Source: a virus
DNA length: 64,000 bases
IMG/VR virus record: IMGVR_UViG_3300022602_002120
Location: 32,001-96,000 of that record
Reading direction: 5' to 3' (one strand)
Part shown: piece by piece, positions 49,401 through 57,978 of the stretch
Layout of the letters: every line of letters starts with the position of its first letter
How positions within the stretch are numbered: position 1 is the stretch's first letter
The notes under the pieces: model-generated
Databases searched by the model: none
Seen by the model: the letters and a program-made list of their open reading frames with translations, nothing else
What the model was told of the DNA's origin: nothing
Position numbers and translations under genes: made by a program

Positions 49401-52400
49401 GTTATTTAAGATTAAATTCAGATGTTACTATTGTTAAAGATCAATTGCGCATTTTATCGGGTATACGTCAAACAGGTAGTGCTGGTATCTACTCAGCAGC
49501 TGACTTACGTGTATTTGCATACATGCAGATTATTGTTAACCCATATGGTCAAGCTGGTGAATATTTTGGTAGTAAGATTAAACTGGCTAGCAACGCATAT
49601 ATGCTAGTAATTGGCAGCGGGCGAGGAACTACTAAGGAATTTACAACCTTTGACGTAAACACCACAACGAAGGGAACAATATTTGACACAGCAACTACTC
49701 GTTTACATGACCCTATACCAGGTAGTGGTAGCGTTTATATTTACGAACTATACGATGATCCACGTAATGCTGTAGAGCATCCGGGACGCTATAGTTTCTG
49801 CCAACAACTAGATCCAGGTACACTAGTGCCAGGTGCAGAGTTTGGATATGCCCTAGATATCGAAGGCACATATATTACTATTTCAGCACCGGGTGCAACT
49901 GTTACTGGGGCCGCAAATAACTCAGGCACAGTATATGTATTCCGTAATCCGACACTAGCACGTGGCTGGGGATTGATTAGATACCAACAACCTAAAGTTG
50001 ACTTAGATAGCGTATCACGTGCTTATCTATATAATAGTCAAACTAGCACAATTTTAGACAATTTAGAATTTATTGATCCAGCTAAAGGGCGTATCCTAGG
50101 TCAAGCAGAAGAAAATATTTCATTTAAAACTGAATACGATCCTGCTGTGTACAACAATGGATTTAGCACCACAGCTGATATCAATACTAATGTATTCTGG
50201 GGCGCCGACCAAGTAGGCAAACTATGGTGGGATCTAAGCACTGTTCGCTTTGTTGATTATGAACAAGATACCTTGACATATCGTAGTCTACATTGGGGAG
50301 AATTATTTGCAGGTAGCTCAATTAATGTCTATGAGTGGATTGAAAGTTCAGTACCACCAAGCCAATACATTAACACATATGGCTCTGCCCACGGCACTCC
50401 TAAAAATGCAGATGACAGTGCATACGTGGAAATAATTCGTGTAGATCAAACTACTGGCATCATCAGTAATGTTTACTATTTCTGGATATATGGTGATACA
50501 CACTTAGATGCAACATTATTAAATCGTTCACTACCTGTGCAAGCGGTTGCAGATTATATAGCTAACCCAGGATCACAGGGTATTGCTTATGCGGCAATGA
50601 TCAAGAGTGACGCTATTGCATTCTACAATGTTGCTGATTACCTAAGTGCCGATAATACAATCATGCACTTAGATCATCAGTTAGTAATTAACACTGATAT
50701 GATTCACAGTGAATATGAATTGTTACAAAAAGGTAATCCCAATGATCCTATTCCAACTAAACTGGTTAATAAATTAATTGACAGTCTAGCTGGTATTGAT
50801 CAACAAGGATCTACAGTTCCGGATCCAGCACTAAGTTTAGCTGATCGTTACGGTATTGATATTCGTCCACGTCAAAGTATGTTTGTTGATAGATTGGCCG
50901 CTGTTAATCAGTTAGTAGAATTTGTTAACAGTATATTTGCTGCTAATCCTATAGCTGAGCAATTTAGTCTAGGAGATTTAAATGCTCAAGAAGCAGAACC
51001 TAGCTTTAAACGCGGCGAATATAATCAAGCGGTAGCAACAGAAGTTGAATTGTCATACATTGATACGACAGCACTTGCTCCTGGATATCTAGTGCTGGTC
51101 CACAGCGATACTACACAAGATGGACTATGGGTATTGTATAGTCTAACCGCAGATAAAACATGGTTAATTGAACGAGTACAAAGTTACAAGACTAGTATCT
51201 ACTGGAACTATGCTGATTGGTATGCTAGCGGATATAGTGCAACAACTAGACCAGACTTTAGTGTAGAAACTACAGTTGATGCTCTTGCATTACAAGCGGC
51301 AGCAGGTATTGTAATTTATATTAAAAATGCCACAGGTAACAATACATGGCAATTAGTTGTAGCTAATAGTGACGGTACATTAAGTGTAGTAGGTATCCAA
51401 AATGGTACACTACAACTAGATACTACATTAGGTGATTATGTAGATAACGGCTTAGGATTTGGTAATCAAGACTTTGACAGTAATCGTTATGATCAAAACC
51501 CTAACAATGAACTACGTGCTATTGTAACAGCCTTATATAACGATATCTTTAAAAATACCCTACAAGGTGAATTTAACAATTTATTCTTTGTATTAATCAA
51601 CTACTTATTAACAGAACAAGTGTATGTAGATTGGCTATTTAAATCTAGTTTCATTAGTATTACACATCAATTGCGTACACTAAGTCAATTCCCAAGTTAC
51701 GTTGTTGACAATCAAACATATTATCAAGACTATATTGATGAAGTTAAACCATATCGTACTAAGATTCGTGAATATTTATTGAACTACACAGGCGATGATA
51801 CATTTGGTGGTGATATTACTGACTTTGATTTGCCTGCTTACTATGATACTACAGGTACTACACCAATATTCCGTAGTCCAAGCGGCGAAGCACCTTATAC
51901 TAATGCAGATTCAAACCTATGGACATCATGGCCGTATAACCAATGGTACAATAACCGTGCTCTTGTACTTGATAGCATCAGAATTGAAAATGCTGGCACA
52001 GGATATATTCTACCTCCAGTGGTTACTATTACCAGTATAGATGGCAATGGCAACGGTGCAGCAGCCACGGCAACTATAAATGGTAGCACAGGTAGTATTA
52101 CAGCAATTACAGTTACTAACAGTGGACAAGGATATACAGCAACACCAACAGTGACAATAAATGGTGCTGTAGTCGGAAACATCACAGTTATTGGTGGTAA
52201 TGCTAACTTAACATCATTAACTTATACTGTAAATTCAACTGCTGGTTTGTTCATGGGTATGAGTGCAAATGCTGTGTTTGCATCAGACACTGTAATTATA
52301 GCTGTCGATGCTGCGAATAGTCAAATTACTATGTCGTCGGCTAACATTACCACATTTACAAGCAATGCAATTAGCTTTGGCTACGCAGGTATTAACTCGG

Positions 52401-54172
52401 GTACCCAGGCAAAAGCCTATGCTGTAATGAAGAATCCGGTAGTGCGCTCATTTGATAGTACTCTTAAATTTGACCGTACTACATATACCAGCAATGTTAA
52501 AGTATGGTCAGCTAACACTACCTACACACAAACTAGTTTTGATGCCAACGGTCGTGTAACCAGTGGCGATATTATTACATACGCAATGCAAGATGGTAAT
52601 GTAATGATACGTAAAGCATACTTTGTAAATGCAAACATTACTACTACATCGCAATTTATACCTAGTGATTATACAGTATGTCCAACTAGTTACTTTAGTA
52701 ATGCCAATGATCGTATTGTTGGTTATTATGAACCTGCTAATACTATGCCAGTAGTAGACAGCGTACAAACCGCGGTAACTGTAGCTAATGCAGCTTCAAA
52801 TACTAATACTATCTATGTCTACAATTCTGCTAGTCTTACCAAGAATATGTATATTAGCGAAAGCGGTGTTACATCAGGTTATGTAACAGGCATATTAGGT
52901 AATATTACCTTACAGGTTAATAGTTTAGGTCACTTCTATGGTAATCTACGTAATGGTAGTACAGCAATTGAAAACATCAGTAACATGTCTAATCTACAAG
53001 TTGGTCAATATGTAACTGGTGCTAATATTGGGTTTGATGCTACTATCGTCAGCATCAACTATACTACAAATAGTGTTAATTTAACTGACACAATCAACGG
53101 CAATGTTACATTGGCTAATATTAGCTTTGGTGGCATTCCAATCAAAGTAAGTCAAGTTACTCTAACCACTAATGTAACATTGGCTACTGATACAACAATC
53201 TATGCTCGTTACGACAGCTTAGAGCAACTAATACCAGGTGTAACATATCCAGGTGCATTAACGCAAGGTGCATCATTCAAATTAAGTCCGCTATTTGGTC
53301 GTAACTATGATATTGCAGCATTCGATCCAGTACAATTTAATAAAGATGGCGTTGGTTTACTATCAATCAATACTTATGATCAAGTGTTGACCAGTGACTT
53401 CACTGACCTTGCGCTAGGCACACGACCAGAAGATATTACCACTTCGGGTGGCGAGTTTGTTGATACATATCACAGTCATGCTCCAGAAGAGTTGATCCCT
53501 GGTATTACATTTGACACATTAGACATGCGTGTTTACACTAGAATTAATGGTGGTAATGGCATTATTGCTTATCGTATTTTTGATAATATGATCAATAAAC
53601 CAGCATACTTGAAAATTTCAACAGCTAATACAACATCACTGGCAACTAGTTTAAGTATTACAGATGCTAATATCTATGTTGCTGATGCTACTAGACTAAC
53701 TGATCCTAGCCCACTGTATGCTGTTCCTGGTATAGTGTTTATCAATGGCGAACGTATTACATACTACCAAAAAACAATATACACCCCTGTAGCATGGTCA
53801 GCAAATACAGTTTATGCCAACGGTACAGCAATTAGTCATGCAGGTAATAACTATATTGTTACTGGTAATGTTGATGCTACAACCTGGACAAATGTAAACT
53901 CAGCTAATATTTCATACCTACCAGGCACAAATGTATTAAGTCAACTACGTCGAGGCACACAAGGTACAGGGGCAAATGTATTGTACCCGGTCGGTACTAG
54001 TGTAGTAGATGCTAGTGCTAGTCAAGAATTGCCTAATACAAGTTACGGTACACTAATGAACTACGCTAACGTTCTATATAATCCAGGCATAGGTATAGCC
54101 ACAGATGGTAAAGGATTAGCTGCATCAACAACAGCTGCTGCACAGTTCATGAAAGCATGGCCAATACTGTAG
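40469..54172 (+). CDS. Giant multidomain virion/baseplate protein (4567 aa; gp7-like position)
   Basis: Uninterrupted ORF after gp6; seven FG-GAP-like blades, CBM-like W..N..Y motifs, KPYRTKIRE motif. Confidence 0.75.
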   Translation: MATRKTYKFLPTVFQSDTNKKFLAATMDQLVTEPNLETLYGYIGRKFAPTYRSGDSYVIENNTTRQDYQLEPAVVIRNNQNDVTFVADYVDLLDKIGYYGGLTNDHSRLFQQEYYSFDPKISFDKLINFSQYYWIPNGPDPVGVSTTGVQLTETYTVTRDAANGRYVYTTNGVVDNSITLARGGSYQFVVDQPGVPFWIQTETGIDGVISATPTLSSRNIYGVTNNGTDVGTITFNVPQITGQDRWVNMQTVFNADYATPIPYTQLSNKTLSQFLAAYPQYGGITGQLNGKYTIFVDVSSWSNVGEAAWTNPTVVDDDGDVIPGYDAGIVIPNAQRYNVWRVVYVDLGQKLRLDTPIAADVAAGSSLTVGGNVTVLSYDAVAGQQYVYIPSSVDVPANATVKRTDVVTSLSATQSGTNYITVTSTVGLEAKMPVVFVGNPATGGIVSGTTYYISQVIDQRTFTISATSGGSVFALTTDTGIMAVTASYTEILPSTMVVSISKGDPLLKLVHTQTVNVNEQVYIKIGLVNANKKFYKDYDGFFYESPLITAPISQLWIQDGSLAEIYSPIKLVDYSGWTIDVENDIIGQQNYTSPNGVEFTTGLKVQFGDDVTPAYYQNSQFYVEQVGDQNEGIQLVKVDELVTPELYNDEIAINYPGEYFPDYITINRASKDRNAWSRNNRWFHIDVITATAAYNGTVPTFSNGIRGQRPIVQFEVDLQLFNAGRIAKLPIDILDTTIQDAFTQLQGQSYTNVFGIDLFDSNGNPLYPNGLRVIFGADNDPLVKNKIYLLTLVQYSVDQFQQPTGTYYIQLTKADDGDVSAYDTTVVNLGIHKGSQWWYDGINWNSSQQKTYLQQPPLFDVLDSTIDLTTGNIVEGKSLSQYTRSTFVGTQIFGYNRVTTGTADIVLSRGPVAPILDANGNSITDFYLSYKNFATQGDINFQNFFNTDTFSYFNDAGKIITENVNVGYIQKILDNQTLVPKNTWLTVPEQSKQYQLFSYVYNGTNNPFAIDIAPASGEQSIPYVKVFRNFAYVTPSNWSLANNAVTISSTLSTNDQIDILVYSDEVSKTAFYQVPQNLDLNAQNVDIDMLTLGQLRNHLVGLAQNSTIVTGDVLAQSNLRDVDIKQQGGTILKHSAPTPYASLFLIDDQANFINSVRYAQQEYTKFKNKFLELSISLEGIDPTDPVTSVDTILTKINQVKNKSFPWYYSDMVPYGPLKNIVGQIGNVDGFEIFDPLKTNYEITAIFNDTQLSNQAVLVYQNNQQLVNGVDYSFSTDTPSINFNVTLNVGDIIKIVEYSNTDGNYIPETPTKLGLWPSYIPEIFLDDTYRTPTTVIRGHDGSVTPSFGDYRDQFLLELELRIYNNIKLPANTTFSDIFAVIPGKFRSSDYTLAELDQILSKSFLTWIGNNKLDYSTNNTFNSNDPFTWNYATSHDRISNELLPGSWRACYQYFYDTYRPHLTPWEMLGFTSMPNWWEGFYGPAPYTGGNTVLWDDLEAGNIRYGARQGIDLHYARPGLSSVIPVDANGNLLSPAQILCQTFNSKRSGAAWAVGQQGPVEFAWRMSSDFPYAVQQALALAKPAKYFGTLIDVTTYSPLNALYTYTTSLEGITTEVTQYLEATTNQPITQSAIDFNGDTTSGTTYRGAGYINWIANYLINQGVTPSTYLLSLIQDFQVNLTYKVSGFTDQNYLEVLAEQVSPTSTNDSILIPNENYTVYLNEKPVPIDEIVYSAVIIEKTTNGYTVRGYDLFNSYFTIIPSVVNNNASQIKVLNSTATIYKDYQNVLMNVPYGYEFTTQQQVVDFMISYERYLMSQGWTFTDVDPQLSEIKDWRLSSKEFLYWAQQGWKPGSILVVSPVSNSLNAITSGSITEGIEDSQYGSRVVDQNFNLVKNNKYTVYRTPTEFNVQLQDPASVIGYVKVSLVQYEHSLIFDNTTVFNDVIYQPESGNRQFRLKLIGQRTANWNGSLSPEGFIYNNGQVSDWYQGKDYLQGDLVQYKSQYYTALQDVPANTTFQFQYWQVLSSNEIQKGLLPNFSTLAVESQGYYDSYAAIRNKSQLAYSHALIGFRERQYLADLGLTETSQIEFYKGYIAQKGTKNAVDAFTKATINNITSNIALYEEWAVRVGEYGALTSNPFVEIPLDEKAFGVNPSVASFVDTADNNLADGITTFNDTQLFKSYGAYSANVALNRTSDSDYDNDIPTAGYVNIDDIDLQIFDLTNYVDLDNNIADMGSGYLIWVAKDFTQNWNVYRVTETNNLITAVTNSLNGYITYTTEKPHGFVKYDIFLVKNFDSLFDGFYQVLQVNGASTVLVKYAGSITDIANLTTKTGSGLLFRMDSMRFPYMENSRIYALTSPPNGWKVGDKIWIDNDAATTPVQGQPFGTQPSGTWKVYEKQHPWTLEQEVKKGLSEYANTDAFGSSVKMSADGLIIVSGAPGHNSGQGQVSTFLRDYSGNFNEALTLNPLGSNTSGFGYAVDIATTPIGDSSIAVGAPTSWSGNGLVYVYNKLLNSYSIDVSQIISGNVAGDQFGTSIAFNQDGEWMYVGAPGNNSVYAYGLKRYVQTQRQITSVNNKNTMYLSGAVTALPGDVIIQSNTGARATVVSVTSSSEIVVSSLTNFVAASLGTSGNVILGNLTVLANLSVLSSGNLTAYTVYPFNFASNAVTNSINITAFTPDATVGGDANSLSITSVSNTYIPNVDYTFDYANLRVNFTANISASSITITQRPYYALVQKLNTSNTWARFGYAVASSFDGAQVAVGAPGDTVADANGVLQSGAGSVFVYDRVIEAFNSVTDAVPGTGGQDYQTENPIANVHKVTVDDIETTAYTVVGTNKIRFTNPPDVGHVIFVEVNTFNVLEQLIGVNSLQGGLQAIQANAQFGTTLTICSNNCAIYVGAPYWNNGTEYNSGAVWKFHNRGRLYGTNTGYHLNPVFTKGDTIRLNNFEITAANISTPSSSVVSLNDLVTNINNAKILGVTAVNQNGYLRLNSDVTIVKDQLRILSGIRQTGSAGIYSAADLRVFAYMQIIVNPYGQAGEYFGSKIKLASNAYMLVIGSGRGTTKEFTTFDVNTTTKGTIFDTATTRLHDPIPGSGSVYIYELYDDPRNAVEHPGRYSFCQQLDPGTLVPGAEFGYALDIEGTYITISAPGATVTGAANNSGTVYVFRNPTLARGWGLIRYQQPKVDLDSVSRAYLYNSQTSTILDNLEFIDPAKGRILGQAEENISFKTEYDPAVYNNGFSTTADINTNVFWGADQVGKLWWDLSTVRFVDYEQDTLTYRSLHWGELFAGSSINVYEWIESSVPPSQYINTYGSAHGTPKNADDSAYVEIIRVDQTTGIISNVYYFWIYGDTHLDATLLNRSLPVQAVADYIANPGSQGIAYAAMIKSDAIAFYNVADYLSADNTIMHLDHQLVINTDMIHSEYELLQKGNPNDPIPTKLVNKLIDSLAGIDQQGSTVPDPALSLADRYGIDIRPRQSMFVDRLAAVNQLVEFVNSIFAANPIAEQFSLGDLNAQEAEPSFKRGEYNQAVATEVELSYIDTTALAPGYLVLVHSDTTQDGLWVLYSLTADKTWLIERVQSYKTSIYWNYADWYASGYSATTRPDFSVETTVDALALQAAAGIVIYIKNATGNNTWQLVVANSDGTLSVVGIQNGTLQLDTTLGDYVDNGLGFGNQDFDSNRYDQNPNNELRAIVTALYNDIFKNTLQGEFNNLFFVLINYLLTEQVYVDWLFKSSFISITHQLRTLSQFPSYVVDNQTYYQDYIDEVKPYRTKIREYLLNYTGDDTFGGDITDFDLPAYYDTTGTTPIFRSPSGEAPYTNADSNLWTSWPYNQWYNNRALVLDSIRIENAGTGYILPPVVTITSIDGNGNGAAATATINGSTGSITAITVTNSGQGYTATPTVTINGAVVGNITVIGGNANLTSLTYTVNSTAGLFMGMSANAVFASDTVIIAVDAANSQITMSSANITTFTSNAISFGYAGINSGTQAKAYAVMKNPVVRSFDSTLKFDRTTYTSNVKVWSANTTYTQTSFDANGRVTSGDIITYAMQDGNVMIRKAYFVNANITTTSQFIPSDYTVCPTSYFSNANDRIVGYYEPANTMPVVDSVQTAVTVANAASNTNTIYVYNSASLTKNMYISESGVTSGYVTGILGNITLQVNSLGHFYGNLRNGSTAIENISNMSNLQVGQYVTGANIGFDATIVSINYTTNSVNLTDTINGNVTLANISFGGIPIKVSQVTLTTNVTLATDTTIYARYDSLEQLIPGVTYPGALTQGASFKLSPLFGRNYDIAAFDPVQFNKDGVGLLSINTYDQVLTSDFTDLALGTRPEDITTSGGEFVDTYHSHAPEELIPGITFDTLDMRVYTRINGGNGIIAYRIFDNMINKPAYLKISTANTTSLATSLSITDANIYVADATRLTDPSPLYAVPGIVFINGERITYYQKTIYTPVAWSANTVYANGTAISHAGNNYIVTGNVDATTWTNVNSANISYLPGTNVLSQLRRGTQGTGANVLYPVGTSVVDASASQELPNTSYGTLMNYANVLYNPGIGIATDGKGLAASTTAAAQFMKAWPIL

Positions 54173-54198
54173 TTTAATAGTTGTAGATTATGGATAAG

Positions 54199-54205
54199 AT
54201 AAATA
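54199..54205 (+). promoter_or_regulatory. Late promoter motif ATAAATA, 5 nt before an ATG
   Basis: gataaata-agaat-ATG(54211). Confidence 0.65.
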
Positions 54206-54210
54206 AGAAT

Positions 54211-54351
54211 ATGGATGAAAATAAACAAGAACAACAAGTAAATCCGCAACCTCAAAAGCAACCTGATGAAAGGGGTGGAGTTTATGTTCAAGGATATATC
54301 AAAATATTTGACCCTGAGACTAAAGAAGAATTTGTAAATGGAAGAGCATAA
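54211..54351 (+). CDS. Small protein (46 aa) missed by the ORF track
   Basis: MDENKQEQQVNPQPQKQPDERGGVYVQGYIKIFDPETKEEFVNGRA*; directly follows a late promoter; C-terminus resembles the N-terminus of the next gene. Confidence 0.65.
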   Translation: MDENKQEQQVNPQPQKQPDERGGVYVQGYIKIFDPETKEEFVNGRA

Positions 54352-54354
54352 GAT

Positions 54355-54969
54355 ATGATGTCGATGACGAATTTAAGCATTAAAGGTTTTTTAAAGATAT
54401 TTGACCCTATCAGCATGGAAGTATATGTTGATAAGTGTAATGCTATCCATTATGAAAATTTTAGTATTGCTCTGGCACAAAATGTCGCTAATAAAGGTAC
54501 TAATTTTATTACAGAAATGCACTTTGGTAACGGCGGCACTACCGTTGACCCTACTGGTGTTATTACATACTTGCCTACAAATACTAACGTAGCTAATGCT
54601 GATCTATATAGTCCAACATATTGGAAAATTGTAGATGACACAAATGCAGCTAACCAAGATCCAGTTAATAATAAGATGGTTGTAAACCATACTCCTGGTT
54701 TAAAATATACTGACATTGTAGTTAGTTGTCTATTAGACTATGGTGAGCCGAGTGGTCAGGCTGTATTTGATAACAGCCAATCATTAAATGGTGATTTTGT
54801 ATTTGATGAACTAGGTTTATTTGGCTATGTGCAAGGTGCAAGCGGTCTAGGAGCTGGCTTGCCACTATTAACACATGTAATTTTTAGTCCAGTGCAAAAG
54901 GCACTGAATAGACTTATTCAAATTGACTACACCGTGAGAGTTCAAACGTTAACAAACTTGACAGCATAA
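54355..54969 (+). CDS. Baseplate/tail-fibre attachment structural protein (204 aa)
   Basis: FGNGGT, FDELGL and LTHVIF.PVQK..NR.IQIDYTVR motifs resemble fibre-base/baseplate domains. Confidence 0.6.
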   Translation: MMSMTNLSIKGFLKIFDPISMEVYVDKCNAIHYENFSIALAQNVANKGTNFITEMHFGNGGTTVDPTGVITYLPTNTNVANADLYSPTYWKIVDDTNAANQDPVNNKMVVNHTPGLKYTDIVVSCLLDYGEPSGQAVFDNSQSLNGDFVFDELGLFGYVQGASGLGAGLPLLTHVIFSPVQKALNRLIQIDYTVRVQTLTNLTA

Positions 54970-54982
54970 TTAGGATAATAAA

Positions 54983-56677
54983 ATGTCGTACATAATTAAT
55001 TTACCAAACGGATCATTACTAACAACAATCTTAGATGGAACTATAGATAACACCGCATCGAGTTTAACGTTAGTTGGTCGTAACTATAGTGGATATGGGC
55101 AGATCATAGCTACTGACTTAGTGGCCTTGCTTGTTAATTTTAGTAACAATGTAAGCCCTGCTAGTCCATTACAAGGACAAATTTGGTACGATAGTGGTAA
55201 TAATGTATGTAAAGTATACACAGGTAGTATCTGGAAAAACATTGGCGCTGCTACAGTAGCACCGCCTACATCAATACCTAGTACAACAATTGCTGGCGAC
55301 TTCTGGTGGGATAGCCAAAACAAACAATTATATTGCTACGATGCTACATTGGGGTGGACTCTAGTAGGTCCAGGTTATAGCTATGTATCAGGTAAGAGTG
55401 GTGCAATTACCGAACAACTTTCAGACGGTACTGTGTGGCATGATGTTGTATCATTGTACTTAGATGGTAATCGTACAGCAATTATCAGCCAAAATCAATT
55501 TACTCCAAATGTCAGCATTACAGGATTCAGCGGCCAACTACAAGTTGGTTATAATATGTCTAGTTCTGGGACACAGGGTTATATCTGGGGTACAGCTAAC
55601 AACTCTAGTTACCTAGGCGGCCAACCAGCGGCTAATTATTTTACAAACTATCAAAACAATATCGGTACAGGTAGTTTAACTTTACAAAGTAATGCAGGTG
55701 TTACTCTCGGTACTCTTGGTACACTAGTGGCTAACGTTACTAGTAGCGGCACTGGTAGATTGTACAATACATATCTAGGCGGTAATGTAAGTTTCCATGT
55801 AAACTCGACATTAAACGGCCAAGAAAAATCATTATGGGTTAACGGTTACGATGGCTATGTATATGTTAACTCAGACCCAATTGGACTAATGGGTGTTACT
55901 ACTAAACAATATGTTGACGGTAACATTGTATTAAAAGCAAATATAGCAAGCCCAACACTAACAGGCACACCAGCAGCACCAACACCTACAGCAGGCGATA
56001 ACAGCACAACTATTGCTACTACAGCATTTGTGCAAGGTGCAAATTTGGCATTAAAAGGTTACGTTGATTTTGCTAACACTATTCAAAGCCAACAGACTTC
56101 ACTGAGAGCAAATATTGCTAGCCCAACCTTTACTGGAACACCACAAGCACCAACGCCATTAGTTGGTGATAATAGTGCCAATGTTGCTACAACAGGATTT
56201 GTATACCAAGCCAATGTCGGTATGCAAGGTTATGTGATAAGCAAATTTAACGACACTATATTATACGGTTCACCTACAGCACCAACAGCGCCAGTAGGTA
56301 CAGCTAACTCTATGGTTGCTACAACGGCATTTGTTGTTAATAATTCAGGTTTATTCCCATACAAAATTTATCAACAAAATAGTTGGATGTGGATCAACGA
56401 TACTGGCGTAGGCAGTGCTAACCTAGTACTTGACGGTACAACTGTATTGACAGCTACCTCAAGTGGTGTAGTATTAGCTAGCGGAGCAACCGCAACAACA
56501 CAAAGCCAAACTTATAATGGTTCTGGTGATAGCACAGTGGCTACTACACAATATGTTAAATCAGCTACAAACTGGTGGGGCGGTAGTGCTAAGTGGGTAA
56601 GTACTGATGCGCCTAACCCAGGTGTAAACGATGTTGGATCTAATGATGGTGACATCTGGTTCCAATATACTAATTAA
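54983..56677 (+). CDS. Tail fibre protein 1 (564 aa)
   Basis: N-terminal LTLVGRNY.GYG..NF..P..GQIWYD domain; SPT.TGTP.APTP..GDNS..ATT.FV repeats. Confidence 0.8.
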   Translation: MSYIINLPNGSLLTTILDGTIDNTASSLTLVGRNYSGYGQIIATDLVALLVNFSNNVSPASPLQGQIWYDSGNNVCKVYTGSIWKNIGAATVAPPTSIPSTTIAGDFWWDSQNKQLYCYDATLGWTLVGPGYSYVSGKSGAITEQLSDGTVWHDVVSLYLDGNRTAIISQNQFTPNVSITGFSGQLQVGYNMSSSGTQGYIWGTANNSSYLGGQPAANYFTNYQNNIGTGSLTLQSNAGVTLGTLGTLVANVTSSGTGRLYNTYLGGNVSFHVNSTLNGQEKSLWVNGYDGYVYVNSDPIGLMGVTTKQYVDGNIVLKANIASPTLTGTPAAPTPTAGDNSTTIATTAFVQGANLALKGYVDFANTIQSQQTSLRANIASPTFTGTPQAPTPLVGDNSANVATTGFVYQANVGMQGYVISKFNDTILYGSPTAPTAPVGTANSMVATTAFVVNNSGLFPYKIYQQNSWMWINDTGVGSANLVLDGTTVLTATSSGVVLASGATATTQSQTYNGSGDSTVATTQYVKSATNWWGGSAKWVSTDAPNPGVNDVGSNDGDIWFQYTN

Positions 56678-56691
56678 AGTAAGGTAAAAGA

Positions 56692-57975
56692 ATGGCATAC
56701 TCAATAACGACTACATCAGGTGCTCAAGTAGCAACTGTACAAGACGCAACAATTAACACTACGTCTACAGCTCTAACACTTATTGGTAGAGACTACGCAG
56801 GATATGGTGCGTTTCTTAATGAAAACTTTGTACATCTATTAGAAAATTTTGCCAATGGTACAGCACCGGGACAAAAACTTACAGGTCAAATTTGGTATGA
56901 CACTAGTGTAAACACATTAAAAGTTTGGAACTCAAATCTAAATGGTGGTGTTTGGAAACCAATTAGCAGTTCACTGGCACAAGATTCACAACCTAGTAAC
57001 TCAACATCAAGCCAAGGTGACCTATGGTTTGATACTATTAACAATCAACTACATGCTTATAATAATGGTTGGCAATTAATTGGTCCACCTAACGCAACCA
57101 CAGGTGGTATTACATCTGGTGCGGTAGTTCAATCAGTTAAAGATAGTAGTGGTAACCCACACGTATGTGTATTCATATACATTCAAAACATTGTAATGGG
57201 TATTTGGAGTGACGTTAGTGCGTTTACTCCACAAACTTCTATCAACGGATTTACTATAATTAATCCTGGCCTTAATTTAGTTAGTTCATCAGCTGTACCT
57301 GGATCACAATTTACAGGCGATGTAAGCAACGCTCTAGCATTAAATGGTGTTACGGCTAGCCAATTTCTACGTGCAGATCAAAATACAAATACCCCATACC
57401 AATTAGGTGTTGGTAATTTAATAGTCGGCTCATCACTGGGTCTATCTCAATTTAGTAGTAATAATGAAGTAAGAGTTACTAGTTTAGTGAATGGATACAA
57501 TTTAAATATCTATTCCAATGTTGGCGTTACTCCTACTAGATCTATAGGTATTAGTGGCTCTGATGGTAGCGTTACTATAGATAATAATCTAACAGCAAGT
57601 GGCTCGTTTAATGTTGCTGGTACTACTACATTAAGTGGTGCAACTACGTTGGTTAATATAACAACATTACAAAATAAGATTGTGCCAAATGCTAATGGAA
57701 CAATTGACATTGGCGCCAGTGCAACGGCATTTAATAATGTCTATGCTACAAACTTTAATGGTACGTTAGTCGGTAATGTGGTTGCTAGTGCGGCTACAAT
57801 AGGCAATGCAACGGTTAACGGATCTATAATAATTGCTGGTAATGTGGTTGCTACGCAAACATACGTGGCAAGTTATACACAAACAGCTGGCCAAAATTCA
57901 CAAGGTGCAAAAATTATCAGTACAAGTGCACCAACTGGCGCAGCTAATCAAGGTGACATTTGGTACCAAGTTTAA
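56692..57975 (+). CDS. Tail fibre protein 2 (427 aa)
   Basis: Same N-terminal domain (LTLIGRDYAGYGAFLNENFVHLLENF); ends GDIWYQV. Confidence 0.8.
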   Translation: MAYSITTTSGAQVATVQDATINTTSTALTLIGRDYAGYGAFLNENFVHLLENFANGTAPGQKLTGQIWYDTSVNTLKVWNSNLNGGVWKPISSSLAQDSQPSNSTSSQGDLWFDTINNQLHAYNNGWQLIGPPNATTGGITSGAVVQSVKDSSGNPHVCVFIYIQNIVMGIWSDVSAFTPQTSINGFTIINPGLNLVSSSAVPGSQFTGDVSNALALNGVTASQFLRADQNTNTPYQLGVGNLIVGSSLGLSQFSSNNEVRVTSLVNGYNLNIYSNVGVTPTRSIGISGSDGSVTIDNNLTASGSFNVAGTTTLSGATTLVNITTLQNKIVPNANGTIDIGASATAFNNVYATNFNGTLVGNVVASAATIGNATVNGSIIIAGNVVATQTYVASYTQTAGQNSQGAKIISTSAPTGAANQGDIWYQV

Positions 57976-57978
57976 TCT

